Shown piece after piece: positions 12,367 through 24,299 of a stretch of DNA of 64,000 nt. The first letter of the stretch is position 1, and the number at the start of each line of letters is the position of its first letter. The notes beneath the pieces are model-generated. The model did no database searches. It was not told where the DNA came from and was given only the letters and a program-made list of their open reading frames with translations. Source of the stretch: Sarea resinae (lineage: Eukaryota); the NCBI GenBank assembly GCA_026026165.1, contig JAPEUD010000084.1, forward strand, positions 1 to 64,000, read 5' to 3'. Position numbers and translations under genes: made by a program.

Positions 12367-14052
12367 ATGCCACCAAGACGCAATCCAGGGAACAGGCTTC
12401 CTCGCGGCGGTATGAGTGGCAATGACCGAAGGGTTACAAGATCACAGACCGGAGCAGCTCAACAACAACAGATACCCGGTCAACAGGTACCTCAAGATCC
12501 CGTTCAGCCTCCCCATGTTCAAACTTCTGTTAATCATCCATCTGCTAATCAACCACAAGTCCAACCGGCGCCTGAAGCCGGATCTCCCCCTAACCGTAGA
12601 ACTGCCACAACTCGTGCTCGTCATATCGAAGGATTCCCACCATTCAATACACCACTTCCCGCCAACGTAACAGCAGACGACGTGATGGAAAGATACCATA
12701 ACCACTTGGTTGGAGAAACCTTGCTGATGGTCCGAGAAAGATATACTATAGCTCAGATTGTCAGGAGGCTCAATCAACCACACATCCAACGCACTGCCAT
12801 GAGCCAGAGATCAAGCCACGCGATGAGAAACTTTCGCAGAGATCATCCCAACGTCGTACCGCCAACTTTGATGAGACGTGAGGCCCCCTTGGGAAATGTT
12901 GACAGCGCTTTCCCTTCCGCCAGAGATCCCTTGCCGGAAGGTCTAACAGATGAGCAGATTATTCAGTCGTACCCGAATCATTTGCGGGGCGAGATAGCTA
13001 GCCGTATTGCAGCCGAACTTTTCGAGGATGACTGGGCAGCCTTTGCCGCAGCCGTGACAGCTGCCACTGGCAACACTATGGGTGAGGGAACTCTTCGTCT
13101 CAGAGCGCAGAGGTACCGCGAAAGCCTCCCTGAGCCCCAGCCTGTTCTACAGGGCCGTCCCAACAATAGGGCCGAAAGGAGGGCGCAGAACGAGGCAACA
13201 GGATACCACGATGAAAACGATCAAGCTATGGCCGAGGGACCTGCCTATAATACAAGGGCGCAGCAAAGAATGACCCAAGCGCGGACTTCAACTGGCCCTG
13301 GTTCTGCCGACTTACAGATCGCTAATTTTCCAGGGTCTGACGAAGTTATGCCTGAGGGCTTAGATCCGCGAGAGATTGTCGACCGTTTCCCTAACCACCT
13401 TCACGGCTTGACCCTCGTGCGTGTCCTGGATGAGATCTCAGTGGACGAGATTGCGGCGCGTGTTGGTCACGGTCTTACTCCCGAAAACTTGACAGATAGA
13501 CGTTACGCTGCAGGGAACTGGGAGGAATTAGAGGAATCTTCAGAAGAGAGCACTGACAGTGAGAATCAGAACGGAGAGGAAGCAGATGCTGATCCCGTGC
13601 AGCCTCCCCAGCAGCAACCGGTCCAACCCGCTCCAGTCCAGAACGACCAGCTCGTGGGGGCCCGCCCCAATGAAAACGGGCAGCTATTCGCTGACGACGC
13701 TACTGAAGTCGAGAGGGTCCTCGAGTCGGGTAACGTGGATCCTGGCCTGCTCGACCTTACTCGGAGCCCGCAAGAAGCATACATGGGCCGTGGGAGCGGC
13801 CTTGAAGATATTGAGATGGAATTCGGCCTCAACCAATTGGGTGCCTTCGGAGACCTCGAGGGAATGAATATGGAAGCAAACCATTTCGAGGGCGGCGAGC
13901 CAGAAGGGAGTGTTGAGCAGGCCGATGGAGATGAGGGGCTCATTCAAGACGCTTTCGATGAGTTTATCAACCCGGATATGGTTGAGGATGACGAAGACGT
14001 GGATATGGAGGATAGTGAGAACGACGACGAGGATGTGGAGATGGAGGGTTAG
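12367..14052 (+). CDS. Intronless 561-aa hypothetical protein with three internal repeats and an acidic C-terminus
   Basis: Long uninterrupted ORF; three copies of FP..(L/M)P..l....i...(Y/F)xNHLxG; Q/P-rich linkers; D/E-rich tail. Confidence 0.85.
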   Translation: MPPRRNPGNRLPRGGMSGNDRRVTRSQTGAAQQQQIPGQQVPQDPVQPPHVQTSVNHPSANQPQVQPAPEAGSPPNRRTATTRARHIEGFPPFNTPLPANVTADDVMERYHNHLVGETLLMVRERYTIAQIVRRLNQPHIQRTAMSQRSSHAMRNFRRDHPNVVPPTLMRREAPLGNVDSAFPSARDPLPEGLTDEQIIQSYPNHLRGEIASRIAAELFEDDWAAFAAAVTAATGNTMGEGTLRLRAQRYRESLPEPQPVLQGRPNNRAERRAQNEATGYHDENDQAMAEGPAYNTRAQQRMTQARTSTGPGSADLQIANFPGSDEVMPEGLDPREIVDRFPNHLHGLTLVRVLDEISVDEIAARVGHGLTPENLTDRRYAAGNWEELEESSEESTDSENQNGEEADADPVQPPQQQPVQPAPVQNDQLVGARPNENGQLFADDATEVERVLESGNVDPGLLDLTRSPQEAYMGRGSGLEDIEMEFGLNQLGAFGDLEGMNMEANHFEGGEPEGSVEQADGDEGLIQDAFDEFINPDMVEDDEDVDMEDSENDDEDVEMEG

Positions 14053-15169
14053 GCCGTCTCCCTATCCTTTGACCTGGCTTGTCTCGTCTCCTCTTTTTAT
14101 GTTGTTGTTCTTTTGACAGCCTTTAGCGTCATTTATAGAAGAAACGGAGCTGGCCCCCTCCGTTGGATCAATTGTTTCCCGGCTCTTGCATACGAGCGAC
14201 TTGCATTGCACTGGTGGTGTTGAATGTCATAGCATGCTTCCTTTCCCTTTGTCAGTATGAATGATTCTTATCTGCTAAGTTGAGCTCCGAATAATAATAA
14301 TTGGATTCAAGTCTGCTTCTTTGCAGGATATATGGTGTGAACGAGATAATCGTAAATGCCTGAACGCCTGCGATTGTGGCCCCGTTCGTGGGCTCATTCA
14401 TGTCACTTCATCTCAAATGACGTTCTCCCCTTTCCGGGGGAGTCTCTTTGGAAGAGGAATAGGCGTTTGCGGGCACGTGCACCGCTAAAGAGCTTGTTTC
14501 TCGTCAACGTCTTTTCTTGGCGCTACTATAGTAGGAGCAGGGCAGCAACGGAGTCAAGTATCGGGTACGGATACCGTGGTGCGGCACTCGGCCTTCTTGG
14601 ACGAAGATCCCTAGTACTCTGTACTTCATACCTTGCGCTCGGGGTGACCAGCAACCTCGAATCAATAAGGTAATACCTCTTCCATTGGGCTATCCCGGCG
14701 TAGACTACAGTATTCGGGTTTGCAACAGAATGACTGCTCACTGCGTACAATCCCATCAGATACCCACCGTGCTGTCTTCCCATGATTGACCATCCAGACC
14801 ATCAGGCTTCATCTGCGTCTTCAAGTCGATAATCCCGACTGCTTTCCACTTGCCGTTGGAGAACGCCTCACTCCCTACGTCTTCCTCGACTTGTGCACCG
14901 GCATGTGGCCAGACTCGACTCACGCGGCGACCTCATGACAGCATCAATTAGTTCATAGGATCGAGACGAGACCCGATTACCGCGCCTCAGCCGTCTTCTT
15001 GCGGAGGATTGCCTTCCCACTGCGAGCAACACATACCGACATCTCGAATTAGCTGTCGTCTCACCCGTTCTAGCCGCGCAAGTTGTCGCCCTCCATTCCC
15101 ACTTTTCTCGCGCCGATTTGGTCCCGTCAAGAATCCGATTAGGCATGCTTGGACTATAGCGGCTAATTA

Positions 15170-15564
15170 ATGCACCCCTTCTCCATCCTCACCCTCGGTA
15201 TCTTTGTAGCCGGCTACACCACTGCGAGGTGGGATCTGGTTACAAGACTGTATGAGCTTGCAATATTTGCGTGGGATCACGGCGTTGTGGTATGCTGTCA
15301 TTGCGACTCTTCTAGTTTGATTCGGATCCAATTGACGATGTATCCATTCCACAGACACGTGCCGCCAAGGGATTCTTGATACTCTCAATCTTTTTCTTCC
15401 TATTCATCTTACCGGTCGAGAGAGTAGCTGCACGAGAGATTACTCTGGTACAATACTCCGCTTCCCGCGCATACTGGCAGCCAAGCTGACCCGCTTAGCA
15501 TCCTCGGTCTGGAACCGGCGGAATATCCGCGAGAGAGCAACTGAGACGCCGAGGATCTTTTTGA
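15170..15564 (+). CDS. 92-aa small membrane protein immediately upstream of GPI1
   Basis: Exons 15170-15289, 15355-15447, 15499-15564; introns GTATGC..TTGAC..CAG and GTACAA..CTGAC..TAG, both phase 0. Product MHPFSILTLGIFVAGYTTARWDLVTRLYELAIFAWDHGVVTRAAKGFLILSIFFFLFILPVERVAAREITLHPRSGTGGISAREQLRRRGSF with two hydrophobic segments. Confidence 0.8.
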
Positions 15565-15583
15565 TAGGAGGCGGGATGAGAGT

Positions 15584-17957
15584 ATGTGTGCAAAACATGG
15601 GTCGATGAGGATATTCTGGCCTTCCGATGTCCCTCGTGCCACTTCACCAGGTGTCATAATCGGATGGAGAAATTCGGAGCTAGATGTCTTCGTGGTGACG
15701 ATACTCAAGGATGTCGAGGTTAGCAATATTATCAAGCTTGGTTGAACGAAGATTCTGACATGTGCCATCGTCAGCCGAGGAGTGTCGAAAATGCTCTGAG
15801 AGTCGGCACTCTTTACCGCAATAGCCCACATCCTATCACAAAGATCTTCCTTCTTTGTGGCAAACCATCGATGAATGTCCTTGGTTCAATCAATTCAACA
15901 ACACCATCCAACATTTTCACTCCCTCACATATACATGTCTCTACCAGCCCAACGTCGCGGTTCCCTCGAATCCACTGTCCGAGCCATTGCAACATGACTG
16001 TCCAGGTGATCATGTACGACAGACCTAATTCCACCCGAATGCAGTATTTGTCGTTGAATCCAATCTCGCTTGCTCTGGAGGATAAAGTGGATGATTCGGG
16101 CAAAAGCCTGTCCTCTTTCGACGTCCTTGATGCTGCGGAGAAGAAAGAGCGAGACCGCAAGATGGAGTTGGTTGAGAAGATAAAGATGCATACCGTGATC
16201 AGACACCCTCCGACACAGAAAGAGCTCTCCCTTCCAACGATTCTAAATCAAGTCAATTGCTCTTACGAAATAGACAAGCTCTTGCGGAAGAACATTTCTC
16301 TTGTTGGCACTCGAACGAAAAGAAGCTTGAGCGTGAGTGAGAGAGTAGTGGAATCCGCGACGAGCGTCTGGGAATATTTCGTGTACAGCCTTTGGGACCT
16401 TTTCATCTACTGGATCTACCCTGTGATCACCCGATTGTTTATTGTTGGCTTGATATGTCATCGTATAGCTGCGGAGATGGTCCTCCGGGTTCTAGAATGG
16501 CGACTGAGACCCGACTACTCTGCGTTGAAGGACATTTCTGCTACCGCTCAACAGGTTGATATTCGATTACAGCAATTCTGCTATTGGCCCATACAATACC
16601 TAACCTTGCGTAAGCGCAAGAACGACTGGGAAAGTGTCACGGATAGCCATCCTGACTACATACGCTTCTACAATAGTTTATGGTTGGTTGCGAACGACGT
16701 GATTATCGGTATAGCTATAGGCTCTTATATCATTGAGAATGCTGGCTATGTCGCGCATCAGATAGACAGCATTCTGAGCGCTTACACCGTTGAGGGACTT
16801 CAGCGAATGATTTCCTGGTTGATGGGCTGGCCAGCCGGGCTCAAGCTGAACACCGAGCTGGCTAATTTCCTTGGAGACTTGTTTTTGTGGGTTATTGAGT
16901 ACTGGGCAGGTGGGTGTAGGGTGCCACCTACTAAACGGGCAACGAAAGCTTACCATATTGAACAGGCTGCGTCGCCAACTTGAGGCCTATTCTTCCTCAT
17001 CTAATCTACTTCATCGGCTTCTCGAGCTTTGCCGGAGCCACCATGCCAATCTCCCTCTTTTCAGATCTCCTCTCCATCCTCACATTGCACATATATTCAT
17101 TTTACGTTGCTTCGGCCCGGATCTGGAACTGGCAGCTCAGCATCATCATGTCCCTTTTTCACCTCTTTCGGGGGAAGAAGCGCAATGTCCTCCGCAATCG
17201 TATCGATTCTTGCGATTACGATCTCGATCAGCTTCTTCTTGGGACAATTCTCTTCACCGTATTGTTCTTTCTACTCCCAACGGTTCTCGTGTTCTACTTT
17301 ACCTTTGCATCGGCGCGTATGATCATCATTTCCCTCAAGGCTGTTTTAGATGCTCTTCTAGCTTGCTTAAACCACTTCCCGCTCTTCGCCCTGATGCTAC
17401 GTACAAAGGACTCTCGGCGTTTACCAGGTACGTGGGCCTATGCATTTTTGCATACCTTTGCACGATCGGCGCTAATACGTCTCTAGGTGGGATCCAATTT
17501 GAATTGCAAGATACCCAAGTACTTTCGAACGCTTTCCTTCAAAACCCTGACGCCGCACCTACCTCGTACATAATTCTAAAGGTACAATAAGCACTCTTCC
17601 TCCCCCCCCAGAGCAAATGCTGACACTTTTATTGTATAAAAGTCGGTCCCGCTATCCCTCCGCGCTATGTTCCACCAATACTTCCAACTTGGCGCCCGCA
17701 TCCGCAAACACTACCTCTCTCCGTCCGTGGTCCTCTGCCTCGCTACGGGCCGTTTCGTACCGCCCATTCATCTCAAGAATCTTTATAGCCTGCAATACAG
17801 CATGTTACCTGCTACCCGCGTCGGCATTATGGAAATCTGGTCCCGTCTAACGGAGAAACACCACCTGCAACCTGGCGCGAATATCAAATCCGCCACAATG
17901 ATGACGAATGGAAGGAAGGCGGCTGGTGGAGGGTATTCGAGGAGAAGCTATCATTGA
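15584..17957 (+). CDS. GPI1: GPI-GlcNAc transferase complex subunit Gpi1 (PIG-Q)
   Basis: MCAKHGSMRIFWPSD...VIIGWRNS first exon; LKDISATAQQVDIRLQQFCYWP, YNSLWLVANDVIIG, WLMGWPAGLKLNTEL, SLFHLFRGKKRNVLRNRIDSCDYDLDQLLLGTILFT; four introns. Confidence 0.96.
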
Positions 17958-18515
17958 GGGGACCTGAAATGTCTTTGAGATGAGCATGAGCACGACGGGG
18001 CGAACTTGGCTAACATGGCGTTGGTTTGGTTCCCATAAACTGTAGATAATGTAAGGTATACACACCTGACACCTGCACTTGCCAGCCCTGAGGACATTTC
18101 AAGTTACAGGCATTCACTCCCTTGGAACGTGCCGCAGTAGATTATATCTAAGGGTACGGTGATACGAAGTACAGATTACCGGACGTCGGGTGCTAGACGC
18201 GGCTTACACGCTGAGTCCACAGTACTTCGAGCACAGGTGCCTAGCTTAGCATAGGGCAGGGTGCTACGAATACCAATGGAAGTAATGTAACTCACGTATC
18301 AAGGTTGAAGCGAGACTAGAAGCCATGGACTTCCAAATGAATTTGAGAGCTTTTGATGCTTCACAATAGAATCAACAGAACCCCAACGAAGACACGAAAA
18401 CACGAAAACACGAAAACATGAAGCGCAATCATCACAAGTAATTACTCTAATTGATGTGGACAGGGGCGGAGCTTGAAATCCTCCTGCGACAGCACCGACA
18501 ACTGTGCCATCCACC

Positions 18516-21180
18516 ATGGACTTCTCACAGGATTTCAAAACTCTCCAGGAGCAAATCTCACTCTCGCTCATCAACGCCACCAGGACGGTGGGGCAGATTG
18601 CCAACGAAGATCTAGCTTTTCAGCGCTCTTTGGATCCTTCCCTTGCCTCAACACTCGACGAAGAAAATGCTCGTCTTCTCAATATTGCTCAACGGCTGTT
18701 CAAAGCAGCTTCGTCTGGGTCTGAGATTGAAATGCCAGCACTACCCGATGCTGATGCGCTGGAGAATAATTGGCGAGCTGTCGTCGACGTAGTGGATAAC
18801 TTACTCGAGAAGGCGGATACCTGTTTGGACGAGTACACCGGCGTCATCAAAAGACTGAGCCCAGCGCGGCAAGAACGGGTATGAGCTACATTCTCCACCA
18901 ATTACGAGCTTAACACTGATGGCACTCTAGGATTCCACCCCCAAGTCGAAGAAACTACGGCCAACGAATGCATTCCGTACCCAGAATATCCCCAAACCGC
19001 AACGTCTTTTCAATCATGTTCCTTCGAACGACGAGACAGTCCCGTTCAAGCCGTTGCTCACTTCCAAGCCACATGCCATAGTACCTCTGTCCGAAAGCCT
19101 CTCTACTTTCCTGGGTGCGAATGGCTCTACACAGTAAGTCTCAGCCATTGAGCTTTCCCATGGAAACTGGCAAATGAGTGAAGTAATGTACTTATGTTCA
19201 TATCAGGTTCAAGCATCCTTACGAGGAGGAGATATCGCAATATGAGTATCCGGCCTCTGTTTATCAGAATGCCGAACCGATTCCATATCTCCCATTTGAG
19301 TCAACCGAAGCGGAATTTGTCGACACTCCAGAAGCCGTATTATCTATGTTAGCAGAGCTAAAAGCTGCCAAGGAAATCGCCATAGATCTAGAACATCATG
19401 ACACCCGTTCATACACTGGAATTGTGTCGCTAATGCAAATTAGTACGAGGAATAAGGACTGGGTTGTTGACACATTGAAGCCATGGAGACGGGACTTGCA
19501 GGTGCTCAACGAAGTCTTTGCCGATCCCAACATCTTAAAAGTAAGCAATGGCTCAGCCTGTGTCGGAAGCCTTTTATGTTGACAGATTAGGTTCTACACG
19601 GCTCCTTTATGGATATAATTTGGTTGCAAAGAGACCTAGGGCTTTATATCGTGGGCCTTTTTGATACGTATCATGCGGCTCAAGCTTTAGGCTACCCTAA
19701 ACATAGTCTTGCGTCTCTACTTGCCAGATTTGTCGACTTCGACGCTGACAAGCAATATCAGATGGCTGACTGGAGAATCAGGTATGCTTCCTTGAACTGT
19801 GATGCATGGTTTTAGCTGACCATTCATAGGCCCCTACCAGAGGAAATGTTTAAATATGCTAGAGCGGATACCCATTTCCTGCTCTACATTTTCGACTGCA
19901 TGCGAAACGAGTTGGTGGACAAGTCTTCTCGATCCAGCGACTCGTCAGACTATGTAGTACATGTTCTAGAGCGCTCCAAGGATTATGCTCTGCAACGGTA
20001 CGAGCGACCTATCTACGATGAGACTCGCGGGCTGGGCCAAGGAGGTTGGTACGATATGCTGAGTAGGACACCGGCTTTGTTCTCAAAAGAGCAGTTTGCG
20101 GTTTTCAGAGCTGTTCATCAGTGGCGGGATACCGTGGCTAGACAAGACGATGACAGTCTTCACTATGTCATGCCGAAACATGTGATATTCAGTATCGCGA
20201 AAGCGACTCCAACGGACATGCCATCCTTATTAAGCGTCTGCCATCCAATCTCACAGCCTGTCAGATCTAGAGCAGGAGAGCTCTTAAGCGTCATCGAAAA
20301 GGCTAAGGCCGCTGGCGCCGAAGGGCCAGAAATGCTAGAGATTTTACGCCCAGCGGCCTCTCGCCGAGGTCAACATATACCGCAAGCAGAAGTATCATCT
20401 AGCAAAATGGATGTCGACGAGGTATCTGACCAGATCGAGCATTCGAAAGCCTTGAAATCGACGGAAGGTCTCTCCGTTAGAAGTGAGATCTCCCATTTTT
20501 GGGGGAAATCGTTTGGCAGCAGTCTCTGGGAAGGATTGGCAAAGAAATCCTCCGGCGTGGAAGGACTCCGCCTAGCGGTGCCTTTACCTCAACTTACAGC
20601 AGAAGTCTTCAAAGATCCCGGAGAAGATAGAGCTCCTGCGCAGCAGCCAACACCTGTTGTCGATCCAGGCGCTCGGGCCGAGCATCAACATGTCGAAGAG
20701 AGAAAGCCCAGAGAGGACGCCGAGGATGGCATATTTGTCGTCAAGCAGTTGGGAGGGGGCAAGAAAAGAAAAAGCGACGAAATGCTCGACCCGTTTTCTT
20801 TGTCTACCACGAGCGACGCTGAAGTGTCAACGTCGAACGGGCGTCCATCTTTGGAAGAAGACCAGATCTCCATCAAGGATGAGGATGCCGCGGCAAGGAA
20901 AGCCGCTCGAAAAGCCCAGAAAAAGCTTGACAAGAGGCGTCGGAAAGAAGAGGCGCAAAATGCAGACGGCAGTGCAAATGGACAGGGTGGAGATTCGAGC
21001 GGGTACGATCGTTCCCAGGCTTTCGATTATACGAAAGCCGAGTCTGTGTTACACGCGAAGGACAGTAAAGCGCAGTCGGCAACGTCGAAAAATCCGTACG
21101 CCAAATCCGCGGACGCGCCAAAGGGAGCAAGGAAGTCTAGACAGGAGAAACCAGGAAAGAGCTTTACATTCAAGCACTAA
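18516..21180 (+). CDS. RRP6: Nuclear exosome 3'-5' exonuclease Rrp6
   Basis: N-terminal PMC2NT-like DLAFQRSLD...[22 protein letters not shown] motifs [50 protein letters not shown] ([12 protein letters not shown]); lysine-rich tail. Confidence 0.96.
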
Positions 21181-23552
21181 TCAGCTGGGGCGCCACGTAG
21201 CGGTCTGGCAGACGGCGTGAATATACCTTACTCGCTAGGATGAAGTGCGTAAGTCTCCGCATTCTGGAGGCTCAAAGATTGTGTGCGGACCTCTTGCGGG
21301 TCTGTGTGTCAAGTGTGCCGGGCGCTTCAGGCGCTAGATAGGATTATGGAATCTGCATTGCTCGACCCTTGAAGCTCCGGATTGGCAAACATCATTGCCG
21401 TGCGCACAATTAGCGAGAGGCATTTGCCATCTTAAATATCGTCCGGACGGCCTTGGCCTGAATTCATACAGGATTGCGCCGTCTCAACTCAACCTAGAGG
21501 GGTACCGCAATGGATCTTTTATCGTGCTCTGTAGAGTAGTAAAGAGCGGGTAATCTAGACGTGACACTCCACACTCCACAGCGAAGGAGAGCTCAATGAT
21601 GCTAATACAAATATCGACGCTTCAAAGGCACACTGCGAGTGAAGTATTTGGTAGAGCCGGCCAGACAGCAGCAGATTGACGATCTGTGGCGATTCCCTCC
21701 CATTTAGGGAAGATCTGGGGCGATAGTTGCTGGCTGTACGAATCTACCGCCGTGGGAAGGCAACAGGCCAATGAACACTTGTGATTGCGGTCCTGATACG
21801 GGAGGGGCAAAGTTAGGCAGCTTCGAAGGCGCGTCGATTGAGGCACGCGCATGGCACAATATTTGCATGACTAAGGGACGTGTACAGATGAAGTAGTATT
21901 CCGTCCCTTGATAAGGAACGAGTGAGACTTGGCGGAATCACTATATATACGATATAAGATGCTCCCGAGTCCTATGCTCGTTGGGAGTCTGCGCATGGTT
22001 GTTCCGTTGCCTTGAAGCTAGAGGTTTCTTTATCGATTCGATACATTGCGTGCAAGCTGCCTGGGAAGTGGAACCTGGTAGTCCGTACGCTAAGGGAGGT
22101 GAGGTCCGGTATTGAGGCAAGTACGAATACTCCGGAGTACATGAGGTACCTACCTTACCTACCTGAGGAGAGTGAGGCGAGGCCGTGGGAAGAGATGATG
22201 ATGGATCACTCTGAAACGCGCCGAGGATGGCTGGGATGGACTTAGCGCGACCTGGGGTACAGGCTGTTGTTGCACGAAAGAGAGCTTGACGTGGAGTAGA
22301 CAGTACGGACGAAGAGACTCCTCGGCCCTTCACTAGGACGGCGGACCCTCTTGATAGCGCACTGGATGTGTCCGAGATAGGCCAAGGGCGCGAGGGAGTA
22401 CTCCATAGTAGTACTTGCACATGTGCAGTCTTTGGCCTGCTCCCTAAGGTACTCACAATGCCGCTGGTTCTTCTGGATCTCACGGTGCTGCATGACTCTG
22501 ATCGGAGAGTCGTTCTACGAGTACAGAGCCTGACTGAGGTGCTGCTATCCATTGCGCAGATGGCGACGACAAGGGGTTTCACGTGAAGTGTCGCACGAGG
22601 AATGCGAGAGACGACCATCCATTTGATGAGACGCTGATTTCAGGTACGAGGTACCGGACCGTACTCTGTACCGACGGTAGGTACCCTGTAAGATTCTGTA
22701 CCTGATCCATGCCGGATTCGACCTTGCGCCCCCCCAATGTGGCCCTGAGCGTGTCCATCCAATGCAGACGATACGAGGGATCAAGTGGTCGTGGCCGTAG
22801 TGTGTGGCCGGGTTCGTCTTCTGATGGCCATCGACGACAATAGCAGAGATTACTCTACCTTACGAGTTAGTAGTCAAGCTTCCTTGCCTTGCCTTAGTGT
22901 CTTGACTGACGGAGTACATACGAGTAGTACTGCGATCCATCCCTTACCATGTGGATGCCGGTGGCCCTATTCGTACTCTACTCGTGCATTACCTGCCTGC
23001 CTTCGGGAGGCAGGTTAGGTAGGTCAGGCACGAAGTACGAAGTACTCCCGAGGAGAACAAGATTCATCATCGTCATCACACTAAGGTACATAGTAGTCGT
23101 CCGAGGCTCCTTGCTCTCTCGCGATAGTAAGGTAGTCAGGTCAGAGCAGAGCAGAGGAGAGCAGAGGAGAGCAGAGCAATTCACGAGAAGACAGAACGTT
23201 GGACACTGAGACCCGCCCCTTGCCTATCTTCCATTGGGTAGACAGGTCTGTAGACAGGTCTACTTCTATATCATCTGTTACTGATTGCCTATCTCGGTAC
23301 TTCGTACTATCCATGTACCTTATGATTCATCTTTGCTTCTGAAAGGCAGGTCTCCGTACCTCTGGAGGACGTGATATACTCCGTACTATCATGAGTATTA
23401 CTGCACCAACCGGTTCAATGCTGCCAGGCGCCCTGGGGAGTGCTATTGTAGTCTCCCTGTGTGGATTCGTACTCCGGAGCAGAGCATCGAAGCTGAGATG
23501 CAGGATCGGTGAAGTGGCCAGTCTCTGATGGCGCAACGCCTATTCGTAGGTA

Positions 23553-23572
23553 CACACACACACACACACACA
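23553..23572. repeat. (CA)10 microsatellite
   Basis: Direct reading. Confidence 0.9.
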
Positions 23573-24299
23573 TACACAAGACCCTGCACCGCCCAAATCT
23601 CCCTGCTTGCCCACTAAGCTCTTATCCTTCCCCGACTCCCCCTCTAATTCCACCCTTCTAGATCTACCCACCATCATCATTTACAAGTCTGCATCTGACT
23701 CTCGAATGATCTCGCTCAAAGTCGCTCCTTGCTTCCGATCACACAGCAATTTCCCATCATTGCCGATTCTGAAGCGCTTCTACCTCGTTCCCTCGAAAGT
23801 CGCAAAGCCGCCAGCGAGATTGCTGGATCCCTCGTCCCTTCGCCGACAGTACGTTGATGCGACGAGCCGAATTGTCCAATCGTAATCCTGCATCCGACCG
23901 AAACCTGACAATCTTCAAACCGCGAATTTCGATCGCACTTACAGCATCTTCCCATAGCGAAAGTTTGACGGCCTTTCTCCGCACGACCAAGGAAACGTGA
24001 ATGTTGTGACTGACAACCTTGGAGTCGGAAGGAGACAGACTGGTACCAGATTCCCGACCCACGCCCGCGATTCGCAATCACCTTTCAAGGCATTGAGCAG
24101 ATCTCGATCGAGTAAGCGACAGAGGTCGCCATCGCTGTTTCCGACCAGCAGCGCCAGCAGGACGTCCTTGGCCAGGTTCTTTTTGTTGAATAGGTCCAGG
24201 CGGTACCGCGCTTCGTAATAGGAAGCTGTGGCTTCTGAGGCCTGTCCAGCACACTCTTCTCAGCATTACCTGCATTGCTCAGACAGCCGGATAGGAGAC

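Noticed and set aside
15170..17957. Single fused microprotein-GPI1 gene
   Set aside because: Double stop at 15562-15567, different frames, and no intron found that removes the stop.
21200..24290. Short ORFs between RRP6 and gapA, including possible uORFs in a long gapA leader
   Set aside because: No coding signature or family match; the transcription start is unknown.
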